DNA of 64,000 nt from an uncultured Bacilli bacterium (GCA_934096125.1 CAKOLB010000001.1:75487-139486), one strand, 5' to 3'; numbered from the stretch's first letter, positions 19,190 through 29,956 are shown. The notes: generated by a model not told the origin, from the letters alone. Program-made: numbers and translations.

Positions 19190-20540
19190 CTAGAATAGCT
19201 TTTACTTTAATTGTAGGCATTCCCACATTAACCGGCACATAACCACTAACAGAACCACACATACCAGGGCCAAGCTCCAAGTTATCAGACACCATTTCCA
19301 CTTCTTTTAATATTTCTTTGGTATTACCAATTAAACTTGCCGACTTCACACATTCAGCTATCATGCCATCTCTAATCATATAAGCAATATCACAAGCAAA
19401 GTTAAAATCACCAGTCTCAGGAGAAACGCATCCTCCTCCCATTTTCGCAGCATATAGTCCATGCTTAATACTTTTTATCATATTTTGGATAGTATCATGA
19501 CCAGCAGCTAAGTAGGTATTATTCATTCTTGATGTTGGAGGATAAAGGTAACTTTCTCTTCGACCCGAACCAGTTACCTCCATCTTTAAAGTCCGATTAT
19601 TTATTTCATCAATCAAATAATTTTTCAAAACTCCATTTTCAATTAAGATATTCTTCTTTGTTTCTTTTCCTTCATCATCAATTAATGTTGTTCCCCATTC
19701 CTGAGAAATTCTTCCATCATCTATAATAGTTACAACGTGACTTGCAATCTCCTCGCCAAGCTTTCCACTTAAAACCGAAATATTATCAGCAACAGAAGTA
19801 GCTTCCATCGCATGGCCACAAGCTTCATGAAATATAACCCCACCAAAACCATTACCAATTACAACGGGCATAACACCGCCAATAGCATCTTTTGCATATA
19901 ACTTATCCAGTCCATTTTTGATTAGCAAATCAACTTCTTTTTCTAAATCAACATCATCTAAAAAATCATAAGATTTTGCCTTTCCATAGCTATAAGTAAT
20001 ATTAGCACTTTTATTTTCATCTTTAAAACTAGCTGTAATATAAAGTCTAGACCTAACTCTTTGTTCTTGGACATATTTTCCCGTATGATTTGCAATGGTT
20101 ACATCTTGCCGAGTTCCAGCAACTTTAACTTCTACCTGATTTACTCTTTTATCTTTACTTCTAACTAAATCATTAACTTTTTTTAAATACTCTTTTATTT
20201 TTTTATCATCATACTTTGTATCTAATTTTTTACCATACTTCCTTAAAGCAGCAAGTTTAATATGTTCGAATTTTTTATCTTCAGAAATATTTTTCTTAAG
20301 TTCATCTATAGCATTATTTATTTTTTCATCATTAACATCATTTATGGCGCTATAAAACACATCTTTATCTAAAGCTATTCTAAGTCCCATTCCATTTATA
20401 TTATTAATAGTATAATTATCTAGTCTATTATCAACATAAGTAAAATTCTCATGTATAGTATTTTCAATAAACACTTCCCCAAAATCAGCCCCTGTACTAA
20501 CTAGCTTATTTAATATTTGTTCAATCTTATCTTTATTCAT
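19167..20540 (-). CDS. tldD: TldD-like metalloprotease (peptidase U62)
   Basis: 457 aa containing the HEACGH metal-binding motif and the GGCVSPETGDFNF C-terminal pattern. Confidence 0.85.
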   Translation of the reverse strand: MNKDKIEQILNKLVSTGADFGEVFIENTIHENFTYVDNRLDNYTINNINGMGLRIALDKDVFYSAINDVNDEKINNAIDELKKNISEDKKFEHIKLAALRKYGKKLDTKYDDKKIKEYLKKVNDLVRSKDKRVNQVEVKVAGTRQDVTIANHTGKYVQEQRVRSRLYITASFKDENKSANITYSYGKAKSYDFLDDVDLEKEVDLLIKNGLDKLYAKDAIGGVMPVVIGNGFGGVIFHEACGHAMEATSVADNISVLSGKLGEEIASHVVTIIDDGRISQEWGTTLIDDEGKETKKNILIENGVLKNYLIDEINNRTLKMEVTGSGRRESYLYPPTSRMNNTYLAAGHDTIQNMIKSIKHGLYAAKMGGGCVSPETGDFNFACDIAYMIRDGMIAECVKSASLIGNTKEILKEVEMVSDNLELGPGMCGSVSGYVPVNVGMPTIKVKAILVGGKNEE

Positions 20541-20612
20541 AAATTCTCTCCAATTTATGGAAAAAGGGGAAAGTTTTAATTTCTCCCTTATATCCTTCCA
20601 CCATCTATTATA

Positions 20613-22427
20613 CTATTTTTCTTCATAAGTTGCATCTTCAACTTTTTCATGGTCATCATTTTGATCGTTATTTTGATCACTTTGGTTTTCTTTAGCAGCC
20701 GCTTCATATACTTTAGCAGCTAAATCCATCGCAACTTTTTCAAGTTCTTCAGTCTTAGTTTTAATTTCTTCAATATCAGTTCCTTCTAAAGCTTTTTTAA
20801 GTCCATTTAACTTATCTTCAGCTTTAGTTTTATCTTCAGCACTTATTTTATCTCCTAAATCACTAATTGCTTTTTCAGTTTGGAAAACAATACTATCTGC
20901 TTTATTTCTAATTTCTGCTTCTTCTTTTTTCTTTTCATCAGCTTCTTTATTAGCTTCAGCATCTTTCATCATCTTATCAATTTCTTCATCACTTAAGTTA
21001 GTAGATGATGTAATTGTAATAGATTGTTCTTTATTAGTTCCCAAATCTTTAGCACTAACATTAACTATACCATTAGCATCGATATCAAATTTAACTTCAA
21101 TTTGTGGAACTCCTCTTCTTGCTGGTGGCAAATCAGTAAGTTGGAAATTACCAAGCGTCTTATTATCACTAGCCATTGGTCTTTCACCTTGTAAAACATG
21201 AATATCTACAGCTGGTTGATTGTCAACAGCAGTTGAGAATACTTGTGACTTACTAGTTGGAATAGTTGTATTTCTTGGAATTAAAACAGTCATAACATTA
21301 CCTAAAGTTTCAATACCAAGTGAAAGAGGTGTAACATCTAGAAGAACAATATCATCAACTTCTCCAGTTAAAACTCCACCTTGAATAGCTGCACCCATCG
21401 CTACAACTTCATCAGGGTTAACTCCCTTACTAGGTTCTTGTCCAAGTTCCTTTTTAACAAGTTCTTGAATATATGGAATACGAGTTGACCCACCAACTAA
21501 AATAACTTTATTAATATCTTTATTTGTTAAATTAGCATCTTTTAAAGCTTTTTTAACAGGTTCTAGTGTTGAATCAAATAAGTCACGACATAAGTCTTCA
21601 AACTTAGCTCTTGTAATTGAGATTTCCATATGAACTGGTCCATTATCATTTTGAGCAATGAACGGTAAGCTAATTTGTGCATTTGTAGCACTAGATAAAT
21701 CTTTCTTAGCTTTTTCGGCAGCATCTTCAATTCTTTGCATTGCCATAGCATCGCCACTTAAATCGATACCATTTTCTTTCTTAAATTCAGATACTAAATA
21801 ATCAGTTAATCTCTTATCAAAGTCATCTCCACCTAGACGATTATTACCACTAGTAGACTTAACTTCAAATACACCATCACCTAGTTCAAGAATTGAAACA
21901 TCGAATGTTCCACCACCAAGGTCATAAACTAAAATTGTTTGAAGTTTATCTTGTTTATCTAGTCCATAAGCAAGAGCTGCAGCTGTTGGTTCATTGATAA
22001 TTCTTTCAACATCTAAACCAGCAATCTTACCAGCATTTTTTGTAGCTTGTCTTTCTGCATCATTGAAATAAGCTGGAACTGTAATAACAGCCTTAGTTAC
22101 TTTTTCGCCCAAATAACTTTCAGCATCTTTTTTTAACTTACCAAGAATCTTAGCACTAATTTCTTCAGCTGTCCATTTCTTTCCACCAGCTTCAACTTTT
22201 TCGCTAGTTCCCATTTTTCTCTTAATAGATGAAATAGTATTCTTAACATTGGTAACTGCTTGTCTTTTAGCAACATCACCAATTAATACATCATCACCTT
22301 TAAACGCTACTACTGATGGAGTAGTTCTACTTCCTTCACTATTAGCAATAACCTTTGGTTCTCCCCCTTCTAGTACAGCAACACATGAATTTGTTGTACC
22401 TAAATCAATACCTATTATTTTACTCAT
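20613..22427 (-). CDS. dnaK: molecular chaperone DnaK (Hsp70)
   Basis: The [18 protein letters not shown] and [11 protein letters not shown] signatures across 604 aa. Confidence 0.99.
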   Translation of the reverse strand: MSKIIGIDLGTTNSCVAVLEGGEPKVIANSEGSRTTPSVVAFKGDDVLIGDVAKRQAVTNVKNTISSIKRKMGTSEKVEAGGKKWTAEEISAKILGKLKKDAESYLGEKVTKAVITVPAYFNDAERQATKNAGKIAGLDVERIINEPTAAALAYGLDKQDKLQTILVYDLGGGTFDVSILELGDGVFEVKSTSGNNRLGGDDFDKRLTDYLVSEFKKENGIDLSGDAMAMQRIEDAAEKAKKDLSSATNAQISLPFIAQNDNGPVHMEISITRAKFEDLCRDLFDSTLEPVKKALKDANLTNKDINKVILVGGSTRIPYIQELVKKELGQEPSKGVNPDEVVAMGAAIQGGVLTGEVDDIVLLDVTPLSLGIETLGNVMTVLIPRNTTIPTSKSQVFSTAVDNQPAVDIHVLQGERPMASDNKTLGNFQLTDLPPARRGVPQIEVKFDIDANGIVNVSAKDLGTNKEQSITITSSTNLSDEEIDKMMKDAEANKEADEKKKEEAEIRNKADSIVFQTEKAISDLGDKISAEDKTKAEDKLNGLKKALEGTDIEEIKTKTEELEKVAMDLAAKVYEAAAKENQSDQNNDQNDDHEKVEDATYEEK

Positions 22428-22452
22428 AATTAATCATTCCTTTCCTAAAATT

Positions 22453-22995
22453 TTATTCATTAACTTTGACCATAGCTACCCTTATAACTTTATCTTTATA
22501 AGTATAGCCCTTTTGTAATACTTCTATTACAACACCTGCTGGCAAATTTTCATCTTTGCTTGTAAGCACTGCTTCCATTTTTGTTGGGTCAAATTCAACT
22601 CCTTGACAATCAATTTCTTTAACCTCTAAGTCATTTAAAGTTCCAAGCAAACTAGTATATATCATTTTAAATCCACTTAGAAACTGAGAAAGCTCATCAG
22701 TTAAATCACGGTCATCAAGCAAGATAGCTCTTTCAAAATTATCAAGCACAGAAAGCAGTTTCACTATTAAAGTCTCTCCATCATACTTGCAAAGTTTGGA
22801 AATTTCTTCATCACTTCTTCTTTTAATATTTTGAATTTCCGCTGTGAGTCTAAGTACTTTATCTTGTAATTTAGCATTTTCTTCTTCTAAGCCTTGACAC
22901 TTACAACTTTCTTTTTTATTTACTTCTTTTTTCTTTTTCAAAGTCTTTTCTTTTGACTTTTCTTTTTCTTCTATTTTTTCTTTATTTTCCATCAT
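22453..22995 (-). CDS. grpE: nucleotide exchange factor GrpE
   Basis: 180 aa with a coiled-coil N-terminus, a C-terminal GrpE pattern (..VLQKGY....VIR.A.V.V), and a position between hrcA and dnaK. Confidence 0.95.
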   Translation of the reverse strand: MMENKEKIEEKEKSKEKTLKKKKEVNKKESCKCQGLEEENAKLQDKVLRLTAEIQNIKRRSDEEISKLCKYDGETLIVKLLSVLDNFERAILLDDRDLTDELSQFLSGFKMIYTSLLGTLNDLEVKEIDCQGVEFDPTKMEAVLTSKDENLPAGVVIEVLQKGYTYKDKVIRVAMVKVNE

Positions 22996-24007
22996 GTTCC
23001 TTTCTATTATCTATTTTCTCGTCGATATACTCTAGTAAACCAACAATCCTTTGATAATCCATTCTTTTAGGACCTATTACTGCAATTGTTCCTTCCTCAC
23101 CATTAATATGATATTTCTTTCTAATAATGGTAACGTTAGAATCAAACTCCGTTTCCTCTCCGATATAAACCTTAATTTCTCCTTCATCACCACCATCTTT
23201 TTTCTCTGATACTCTTGCAATAAATTCTTTATCTTCTAGTTTACTTGCAAGCCTTTTGAGTTCACTAATATCATTATACTCTGGCTGATTAAATATATTT
23301 GTTTTACCACTAACATGAATATTACTATTGTTAATAATAAAATCATTAAAAGCGTCATAGAACATATTATATACAGCCTCATACTGATGAATTTGATTTT
23401 TTATAATTGGTTTAACCTCAAGCTCAAGTCTACTTCCAACACTAGCAATCGGCGTGCCTACAAGCATTTTATTAATAATCTCACTAGCCTTAATCACTTC
23501 ATTTACATTAATATTATTCTCTAAAGTAAACATCTTATTTTCAACATTTCCTTTATCGGTACATACCACTGCCACGACTTGATTATTTCCAAGGTCAATT
23601 ATATTTACCTTTAACAAATTATTATCAACACTAGCTTTTCCCAGAACAACGCTTGTATAACTGGTAATATCGCTTATTATCTCCATACATTTACTAATAA
23701 CATCGCTAAGTTCTAACTCATTATTAGCAAATATTCTTTGAAGTTTAAGCATATCCCCACCGGTAAGTCTCTCCGGTTCCATCAAATTCTTAACATAATA
23801 ACGGTAACCTGCCTCACTCGGCATTCTTCCTGAAGATATATGGTTTTTTTCAAGCAATCCCAAATCTTCCAAATCAGCCATTTCATTTCTAATCGTCGCA
23901 CTTGATAACCCAAATTTATCGCACAATGCTTTCGACCCCACTGGCCTAACCGTCTTAATATATGTCTCGACAATTTCTTTTAAGAGATTATTTTTACGTT
24001 CATCCAT
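22982..24007 (-). CDS. hrcA: heat-inducible transcription repressor HrcA
   Basis: The N-terminal winged-helix RKNNLLKEIVETYIKTVRPVGSK, plus position at the head of the dnaK operon behind a CIRCE element. Confidence 0.95.
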   Translation of the reverse strand: MDERKNNLLKEIVETYIKTVRPVGSKALCDKFGLSSATIRNEMADLEDLGLLEKNHISSGRMPSEAGYRYYVKNLMEPERLTGGDMLKLQRIFANNELELSDVISKCMEIISDITSYTSVVLGKASVDNNLLKVNIIDLGNNQVVAVVCTDKGNVENKMFTLENNINVNEVIKASEIINKMLVGTPIASVGSRLELEVKPIIKNQIHQYEAVYNMFYDAFNDFIINNSNIHVSGKTNIFNQPEYNDISELKRLASKLEDKEFIARVSEKKDGGDEGEIKVYIGEETEFDSNVTIIRKKYHINGEEGTIAVIGPKRMDYQRIVGLLEYIDEKIDNRKEHDGK

Positions 24008-24020
24008 AATTTCACCTCTT

Positions 24021-24047
24021 CTAGCACTATCACTTCTCTAGTGCTAA
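24021..24047 (-). promoter_or_regulatory. CIRCE operator (HrcA binding site)
   Basis: Minus strand TTAGCACTA-N9-ATAGTGCTAG, versus the consensus TTAGCACTC-N9-GAGTGCTAA. It lies between the promoter and the hrcA RBS. Confidence 0.85.
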
Positions 24048-24051
24048 TTAC

Positions 24052-24080
24052 ATTATAATAGTATGATTAGCACTTGTCAA
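24052..24080 (-). promoter_or_regulatory. consensus sigma-A promoter of the hrcA-grpE-dnaK operon
   Basis: Minus strand TTGACA-17 nt-TATAAT, a perfect consensus, immediately upstream of CIRCE. Confidence 0.8.
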
Positions 24081-24090
24081 TATATTACTG

Positions 24091-25314
24091 CTAATTTTCA
24101 AAAGTATTTTTAATTGCTTTCAAAATAGCAATCTTTCCATAGTCATATGTAAGTCCTCCTTGCAAATAAGCAATATAAGGGGGCCTAATTGGTCCATCAC
24201 AAGATATCTCAATTGATGAGCCTTGCGTAAAAGAGCCAGAGGCCATAATTATTTTTTCATCATATCCCGGCATATCTGAGGCAATAGCTAAAACACTTGC
24301 ATCAACAGCACTTCCCATTTGAATTCCTTGAACAAACTTGATAAGTAAATTCTCATCGTTAAAAATAATTTTCTGAACAATATCAGACCTTTCATCATTC
24401 CACCTTGGACTTACCACAGTACCTTTCTTTTCCAAAAGATATGAGGCAAGCACAGCCGTTTTTAAACTACTTGCAACCACGCTTGGAGCCATGTATAAAC
24501 CTTGATAGAAAGATTTATTTACACCTAAACTTGGACCAACTTCTTTTCCCTCACCTGCCATATTAAGTCTTTCACTGGCAAGATGGACTAAATCTTTACG
24601 CCCCACAATATAAGCTCCATGAGTTGCCACACCTCCCCCTAAATTCTTAATTAAAGAACCAACACAAATATCAGCACCAACTTCAGTAGGTTCCCGGCTC
24701 GAAACAAATTCACAGTAACAATTATCAACCATTACTATAATATCTTTATCTAATATTTTAATAAATTTAATTACTTTCTCTAACGCTTTAATACTTATCG
24801 CTTTTCTATTACTATATCCAACCGACCTTTGAATTTCAACAACTTTTACTTTTTCTTCTAAAATTACTCTTTTTATTTTTTCAAAATCAAACTCATCATT
24901 TATTAAATCAACCTGTTTATATTTAACATTAAAAGCTTTTAAACTACTACTATTTTCCTTTATCCCAATTACACTTTCTAAAGTATCATAGGGTTTACCT
25001 GTAATTGATAAAAGAATATCACCTGGTCTTAAAAGTCCAAACAAACAAGTGCTAAGAGCATGAGTCCCTGAAATAAACTGTCCCCTAACAAGAGCATCTT
25101 CAGTTTTAAAAATCGTACTATAAATTTTTTCTAATGTATCTCTTCCTGCATCACCATAACCATAACCAGTTGTTCCATTAAAATGACTCTCCGAAAGCCC
25201 ATGTTTCCAAAAAGCATTAATTACTTTTAAACTATTTAAAAAACATATATCATCAATTCTTTTATATATACTATCTAAGTTTTTTTCAATTTTTTTAATT
25301 TCCTCTAAATTCAC
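24091..25314 (-). CDS. PLP-dependent YnbB / aluminium-resistance family protein (Cys/Met metabolism lyase-like)
   Basis: The GTTGYGYGDAGRDTLEKIY...ALVRGQFISGTHA pattern is characteristic of the YnbB family. Confidence 0.7.
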   Translation of the reverse strand: MNLEEIKKIEKNLDSIYKRIDDICFLNSLKVINAFWKHGLSESHFNGTTGYGYGDAGRDTLEKIYSTIFKTEDALVRGQFISGTHALSTCLFGLLRPGDILLSITGKPYDTLESVIGIKENSSSLKAFNVKYKQVDLINDEFDFEKIKRVILEEKVKVVEIQRSVGYSNRKAISIKALEKVIKFIKILDKDIIVMVDNCYCEFVSSREPTEVGADICVGSLIKNLGGGVATHGAYIVGRKDLVHLASERLNMAGEGKEVGPSLGVNKSFYQGLYMAPSVVASSLKTAVLASYLLEKKGTVVSPRWNDERSDIVQKIIFNDENLLIKFVQGIQMGSAVDASVLAIASDMPGYDEKIIMASGSFTQGSSIEISCDGPIRPPYIAYLQGGLTYDYGKIAILKAIKNTFEN

Positions 25315-26024
25315 TTTAGCCCTCCATCTACTTTTATTATGCTATCATTTATATAACTTGCATCCCTGCTACTTAAAAAAAATATTACACTTGCAATCTC
25401 ATCAGGACTCGCAAATCTTCCAAGCAAACACTTATCCATTTCTTCTTTTTTAAAATTAGGTAGCAGCTCTTTATTTTTAGTCGTTTCAATCCATCCAGGT
25501 GCAACTGCATTTACTCTCACCCTCGGGGCATAAATTTTTGCAAAATCATGAGTTAAGCTAATCACCCCTGCCTTACTTGCATTATAATCCATTCCCTCTA
25601 CATAACCTGCATCAATTCCACAGTTACTTGAAACATTTATAACACTTCCTTGTTTTATGAGACTCCCAATATATTTAGTCACCAAAAACGTTCCCACTAA
25701 ATTAACATCAAGAACCCACCTAAAATTATCTATAGTCTTTTCTTCTATAGTACCATCACAAGAAATTCCCGCATTATTAACAAGACAAGTAACATCTATA
25801 TTTTCTTTTTTTATTTTCTCTTGAAGTTTTTTCACATCTTCTTCATTTGTTATATCACATGCCAAAGCAAAAACATTTATACCAAACTCACTTGCCAAAG
25901 TTTTTCCATACTCACAAATATCATTTTTATAGTAGAGTAAAACCAAATTATAATGACTACTTGCAAATTTCCGGGCAATCTTTCTTCCTAAATCTCCCGA
26001 TGCTCCTGTAATTACTACATACAT
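25311..26024 (-). CDS. SDR-family oxidoreductase (FabG-like)
   Basis: TGASGDLG Rossmann motif, NNAG, and a YNASK catalytic motif. Start placed at ATG 26024 (GGTGGA RBS), rather than the track start at 26096. Confidence 0.8.
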   Translation of the reverse strand: MYVVITGASGDLGRKIARKFASSHYNLVLLYYKNDICEYGKTLASEFGINVFALACDITNEEDVKKLQEKIKKENIDVTCLVNNAGISCDGTIEEKTIDNFRWVLDVNLVGTFLVTKYIGSLIKQGSVINVSSNCGIDAGYVEGMDYNASKAGVISLTHDFAKIYAPRVRVNAVAPGWIETTKNKELLPNFKKEEMDKCLLGRFASPDEIASVIFFLSSRDASYINDSIIKVDGGLK

Positions 26025-26233
26025 AAATCTTCCACCATCCATTTTTATACTACCATAGTTTATCCCAAAGAAAAAGAGCATAACATTCCTGTACAAATAT
26101 TTACCTAATATTTTAAAATTATTAGCACTTACTTTCTTATATTATATAACAAGACATAATAAAAACCTATAAAGAAGATCTTCCTTTTTTGAAAGCCAAC
26201 TTTATAAGTTACATTTTATTCTATCCCACTAGT

Positions 26234-26839
26234 TTAATTTATAATTATACCATTTTCATCAAATTTATAATGTGGCATTTGAAAACTATCTTCTTCCTTT
26301 TCTTGATTGTTTGAAGCTGGCATTTCCTCTGGCACATCCAAAGCTTCAACTTGATAAATATTTTCAGTCTCAGTAGGCATTTCACTAGTAGTATTAAAGC
26401 TAAACACTTGATTTTCACTCTTAGGAGCCTCTGGCATAAAAGGATTTTCTGGCGCATTATTCGGAGCAAAAACATCAAGAGAATCAAACTTCACTTCATT
26501 ATTTCCAAGTTCATCATTTACTTCTTCAATATTTTCTTCTTTAACATCAGCAATATCTTCTTCTAAAAAGTCTCCTCCATCAATTTGCTTTAAGTCTCTA
26601 TTTAAACTTTCAAAAGCCTCATCTTCAAAGCCATTAAACACCACTTCTTCTATATCAAAACGATTAAAGCATACTTCTCCATTTTTCTTCAAAAATCCAT
26701 ATGGATATTCTACCCCAGAGTAGTCATACACATCCAAACTATCAGAGTAATCAACAGAATAATATCCTGTTACCATAATTTTCTTATCGCCTGTTTTAAG
26801 GGTAACGATACTCCCTATAGATAAATATTTTTCATTCAT
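26234..26839 (-). CDS. DUF4176-like domain protein with acidic C-terminal extension
   Basis: The N-terminus LSIGSIVTLKTGDKKIMVTGYY...YDYSGVEYPYGF matches the DUF4176 pattern (LPIGSVV.LK.G.KKLMI.GR...YDY.G..YPEG). It lies 36 nt downstream of the 516-aa surface protein gene. Confidence 0.55.
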   Translation of the reverse strand: MNEKYLSIGSIVTLKTGDKKIMVTGYYSVDYSDSLDVYDYSGVEYPYGFLKKNGEVCFNRFDIEEVVFNGFEDEAFESLNRDLKQIDGGDFLEEDIADVKEENIEEVNDELGNNEVKFDSLDVFAPNNAPENPFMPEAPKSENQVFSFNTTSEMPTETENIYQVEALDVPEEMPASNNQEKEEDSFQMPHYKFDENGIIIN

Positions 26840-26875
26840 TTTTAATCAATCCCTTTCTTATTACTTATTATATAT

Positions 26876-28426
26876 TTACTCTATTATTATTGGCGCTTCT
26901 AAAGTACCAAGACCTTGCACAAATTTAACTGTTGAGTTGAGGTAAAATGCCGGCCGGACCACATACGCAAACGACGCATCGCCGTCGCCCACACGCCCAG
27001 ATGCATCCACAATGGACACAATAGCATCATGGTACGAATACCGGGAAATAGTCCATTCGTTATATCCCATATACATCCAATTTAATGATCTTATCGTTGA
27101 TCCATTTACACTTTCATCATAATTCATAAGTTTTGTTGTCCATGCACTCGGATCTGCTGCAAATCCATAATCTGATGCATACATTAACCCTATTTTTGCT
27201 GTATATTCTGTGGCATTATCTGTTGTATTTGTTGCTACCGGATTTACGATTTCATTTTGATATGTTGTTGCTGGTACTACCTCAGATATCTTTGTATTTC
27301 CCCCAACTTTCCATGTTGTAGTTGCTATTTTTTCTGCCCATTCTGTTCCTATATTTGTTATGAAATTTGTATTTAAATTTGTTTTATTTAACAAACTTGT
27401 ACTCCATGTATTGGTAACAGATTTTGTAGCTATATAATTCCAATAATAGGTATTTACTGTTGTCAAATTTCCTTTATAAGATGATGAATCTGGTGTTTCA
27501 GAACCATCATAATCACCATCTGTTCCAAGTAATGCACTTGTTGCATAATCATATTTGATTAATTTTACTTTATCTCCGAATACTCCAATTATTCTATATA
27601 GATTATCTGTTGGACATGGACTTATAGTTGACCCAAAACATACATAATTATTCACATCACTACTACGACCAGAATACCTATATGAATTATCCCCTGCTCC
27701 ATTGGTTAGTGAACTATCATGAATATATAGATTTGACGTAGCATCATTACTTGCCATATTTTTTATACAATTCGCTAGTACATCACCATTTTTACAAACT
27801 GAATCCATTTGCTGAACTGTCCTTGCATTTGCTTTAACAGCAACAGCTCCTTCAAAAGTTTTACCCATTGTAGTATTATCAGCATCTTCATTAACATATA
27901 AATACAAGTCGAGCGTCACAGTCCCTTTATTTGGAACAGTAACTTGATAAATATCATTTCTCGCTCCAACAGAGCCTCCCATTCCAGCACTAACTTCACT
28001 AGTCTCAGCCGAAGTCAAATCATAATCAAACGCATAACGAGAATCCGGTAAAGCACTTTTATAAAGCACTTCTTTAGCCCCATGAGGAGCAATAATATAA
28101 GATATATTAGCATCTACTATCGTATTGGTCGATTTAGAAAAAAGCATAATATCAGCAGTTACAGGAGTATCGCAATAACTAGTAATAGAAAAAGTATAAG
28201 GAGTTTGCTTTAAAGCTGAATTAGCACTCATAGAATAAGAGTTAGTTAAATTAATCGATGACTCGCTTGTAAGTTTTATTTTAGCGCAACTTGTCAAGCT
28301 TACCTTAGTAATTGAAGAACTTTGTTCTATAGGTTTCATAAATGCCTTTGTAAAACTAAAAGACAAAATACCCACTATAACAACTGCTAAAATTCCCAAA
28401 AATATCAGCTTCCGTTTCTTATTCAT
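26876..28426 (-). CDS. signal-anchored secreted/surface protein, paralog family member 3
   Basis: N-terminal TM/signal. The C-terminal half is collinear with ORF 14889-16415 (YRYSG..NYVCFGSTISPCPTDNLYRII...WSTSLLNKTNLN.NFI..IGT.WA.KIATTTW.VGG...AKIGLMYASDYGFAA...EWTISRYS...AYVVRPAF.L). Confidence 0.7.
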   Translation of the reverse strand: MNKKRKLIFLGILAVVIVGILSFSFTKAFMKPIEQSSSITKVSLTSCAKIKLTSESSINLTNSYSMSANSALKQTPYTFSITSYCDTPVTADIMLFSKSTNTIVDANISYIIAPHGAKEVLYKSALPDSRYAFDYDLTSAETSEVSAGMGGSVGARNDIYQVTVPNKGTVTLDLYLYVNEDADNTTMGKTFEGAVAVKANARTVQQMDSVCKNGDVLANCIKNMASNDATSNLYIHDSSLTNGAGDNSYRYSGRSSDVNNYVCFGSTISPCPTDNLYRIIGVFGDKVKLIKYDYATSALLGTDGDYDGSETPDSSSYKGNLTTVNTYYWNYIATKSVTNTWSTSLLNKTNLNTNFITNIGTEWAEKIATTTWKVGGNTKISEVVPATTYQNEIVNPVATNTTDNATEYTAKIGLMYASDYGFAADPSAWTTKLMNYDESVNGSTIRSLNWMYMGYNEWTISRYSYHDAIVSIVDASGRVGDGDASFAYVVRPAFYLNSTVKFVQGLGTLEAPIIIE

Positions 28427-28518
28427 AACAAATGCTCCTTTTATGTTACTTAAATTATATAAAAAAAAAGACTTAAGTTCAAGTCCAATTAAAACTTTTT
28501 CTCTCTTAAGTCTCTAAA

Positions 28519-29865
28519 TTATAAAAACATACACATGTAAAGAGGCATACTAATAACGTTTTCCGTAATTTGATTAGAATTTTTAGCAGACAATTTTATT
28601 CCTTTTGCTACATTATAATTTGACATAACGGATTTTAAAGACTTCGATTTTGTATTGTCAGCTGATTTCACTTCCACAGCAGTAGCAACATCTTCAAAAC
28701 GAATAAAAAAGTCTATTTCCAGCGTTGAATTTTTCTCAAAATAATACAATTTTTTCCCCAACTTATGAAATATATCAGCGATAACATTTTCATATATGGC
28801 CCCCTTATATATAGCTAAATTACCATTCATTATATCGGTATTAGTTCCATCATCAAGCATCGCAACAAGCAAACCAGTATCCCGCATATAAACCTTAAAA
28901 CAATCATCAATTTTATTTCCCTCAAAAGGAAACTCTGGATTTGTTAAATTGTAGCAAAAGTTTATAATTCCTGCATCATACAACCATTGCAAAGCTCCAT
29001 AATATTTTTTCTTATTACTATTTTTCTCTACTACTTTATATTTAAATTTTTTATTCTCTTTAGCAAGTTGAAACGGAATACTATCAAAACAAGCTCTGAT
29101 TTTAACTTTATCAGTTTCATCAGCATATTTAATTATATCATCTTTATAATCACTAATAATTCTTCTTTGAACATTTTGTGCTAAGTTATAATTCTGAGTT
29201 TCTAAAAATTCATTGATAACATCAGGCATTCCTCCTAAAACAATATAGGACTTAAAAAGTTCAAGCATTCTTTTATGTACACTATCAGATACAGCTTTAT
29301 TACTTAAAAAATCTTCCTTCAAATACTTTATAGCATCACAACTACAACCATTTGCCCAACAAAACTCTTCGAAATCTAATGAGTCCATATATACTCTATC
29401 AACATAGCCAACAGGAAAAGAAGTAACTCTTTTGTATGCCATTCCAAGCATTGAACCAGAAGCTATACAATCAAAATTATTATCTTGAGCCAAAAACTTT
29501 AAAGCTGTAATAGCATTTGGACAATCTTGAATTTCATCTAAAAAAATCAATGTTTTATTAGGTACAATTTCAAAATTAGGTATTACCAAAGACATTTTTC
29601 GCAAGATAGTACCAGCATCAATGTCACCAGAAAAAATATCTTGATACTCTTTATTACTAATAAAATTCAATTCATAAAATCTTTCATAATTTTTATCTCC
29701 AAATTCTCTAATTATATAAGTTTTACCTACCTGTCTTGCCCCAATAACCATTAAACAATTATTACGATGGTTATCTTTCCAGCTTATTAGTTTATCATAT
29801 ATTTTTCTTTTTAGCACAATATCACTCCTACACATATAATAGCAATAAATACAAGTATTGTCCAC
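28519..29865 (-). CDS. AAA ATPase with DUF4143 C-terminal domain (AAA_14 family)
   Basis: Walker A GARQVGKT, Walker B IFLDEIQ, and a C-terminal DUF4143-like segment. Paralog of the frameshifted gene at 49737-51031. The true start is probably internal, near the VLKRKIYDKL segment. Confidence 0.75.
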   Translation of the reverse strand: MDNTCIYCYYMCRSDIVLKRKIYDKLISWKDNHRNNCLMVIGARQVGKTYIIREFGDKNYERFYELNFISNKEYQDIFSGDIDAGTILRKMSLVIPNFEIVPNKTLIFLDEIQDCPNAITALKFLAQDNNFDCIASGSMLGMAYKRVTSFPVGYVDRVYMDSLDFEEFCWANGCSCDAIKYLKEDFLSNKAVSDSVHKRMLELFKSYIVLGGMPDVINEFLETQNYNLAQNVQRRIISDYKDDIIKYADETDKVKIRACFDSIPFQLAKENKKFKYKVVEKNSNKKKYYGALQWLYDAGIINFCYNLTNPEFPFEGNKIDDCFKVYMRDTGLLVAMLDDGTNTDIMNGNLAIYKGAIYENVIADIFHKLGKKLYYFEKNSTLEIDFFIRFEDVATAVEVKSADNTKSKSLKSVMSNYNVAKGIKLSAKNSNQITENVISMPLYMCMFL

Positions 29866-29906
29866 ATAAAAATCATATTTTGGGGAGACATAATTATATA
29901 TTAAGT

Positions 29907-29956
29907 CATATTTTTCAAAGGAATATCAGACTTTAAATGCATATTTTTCAAAGGAA
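29907..29956. repeat. two exact 17-nt direct repeats (CATATTTTTCAAAGGAA), 33-nt period, upstream of the AAA/DUF4143 gene
   Basis: Read directly: copies at 29907-29923 and 29940-29956. Confidence 0.7.

Noticed and set aside
26100-26140. Second CIRCE element upstream of the SDR gene (TTAGCACT half-site at about 26123).
   Set aside because: Only one half-site is present, and the partner arm is degenerate (TTACCTAAT versus the expected AGTGCTAA). It is likely chance.
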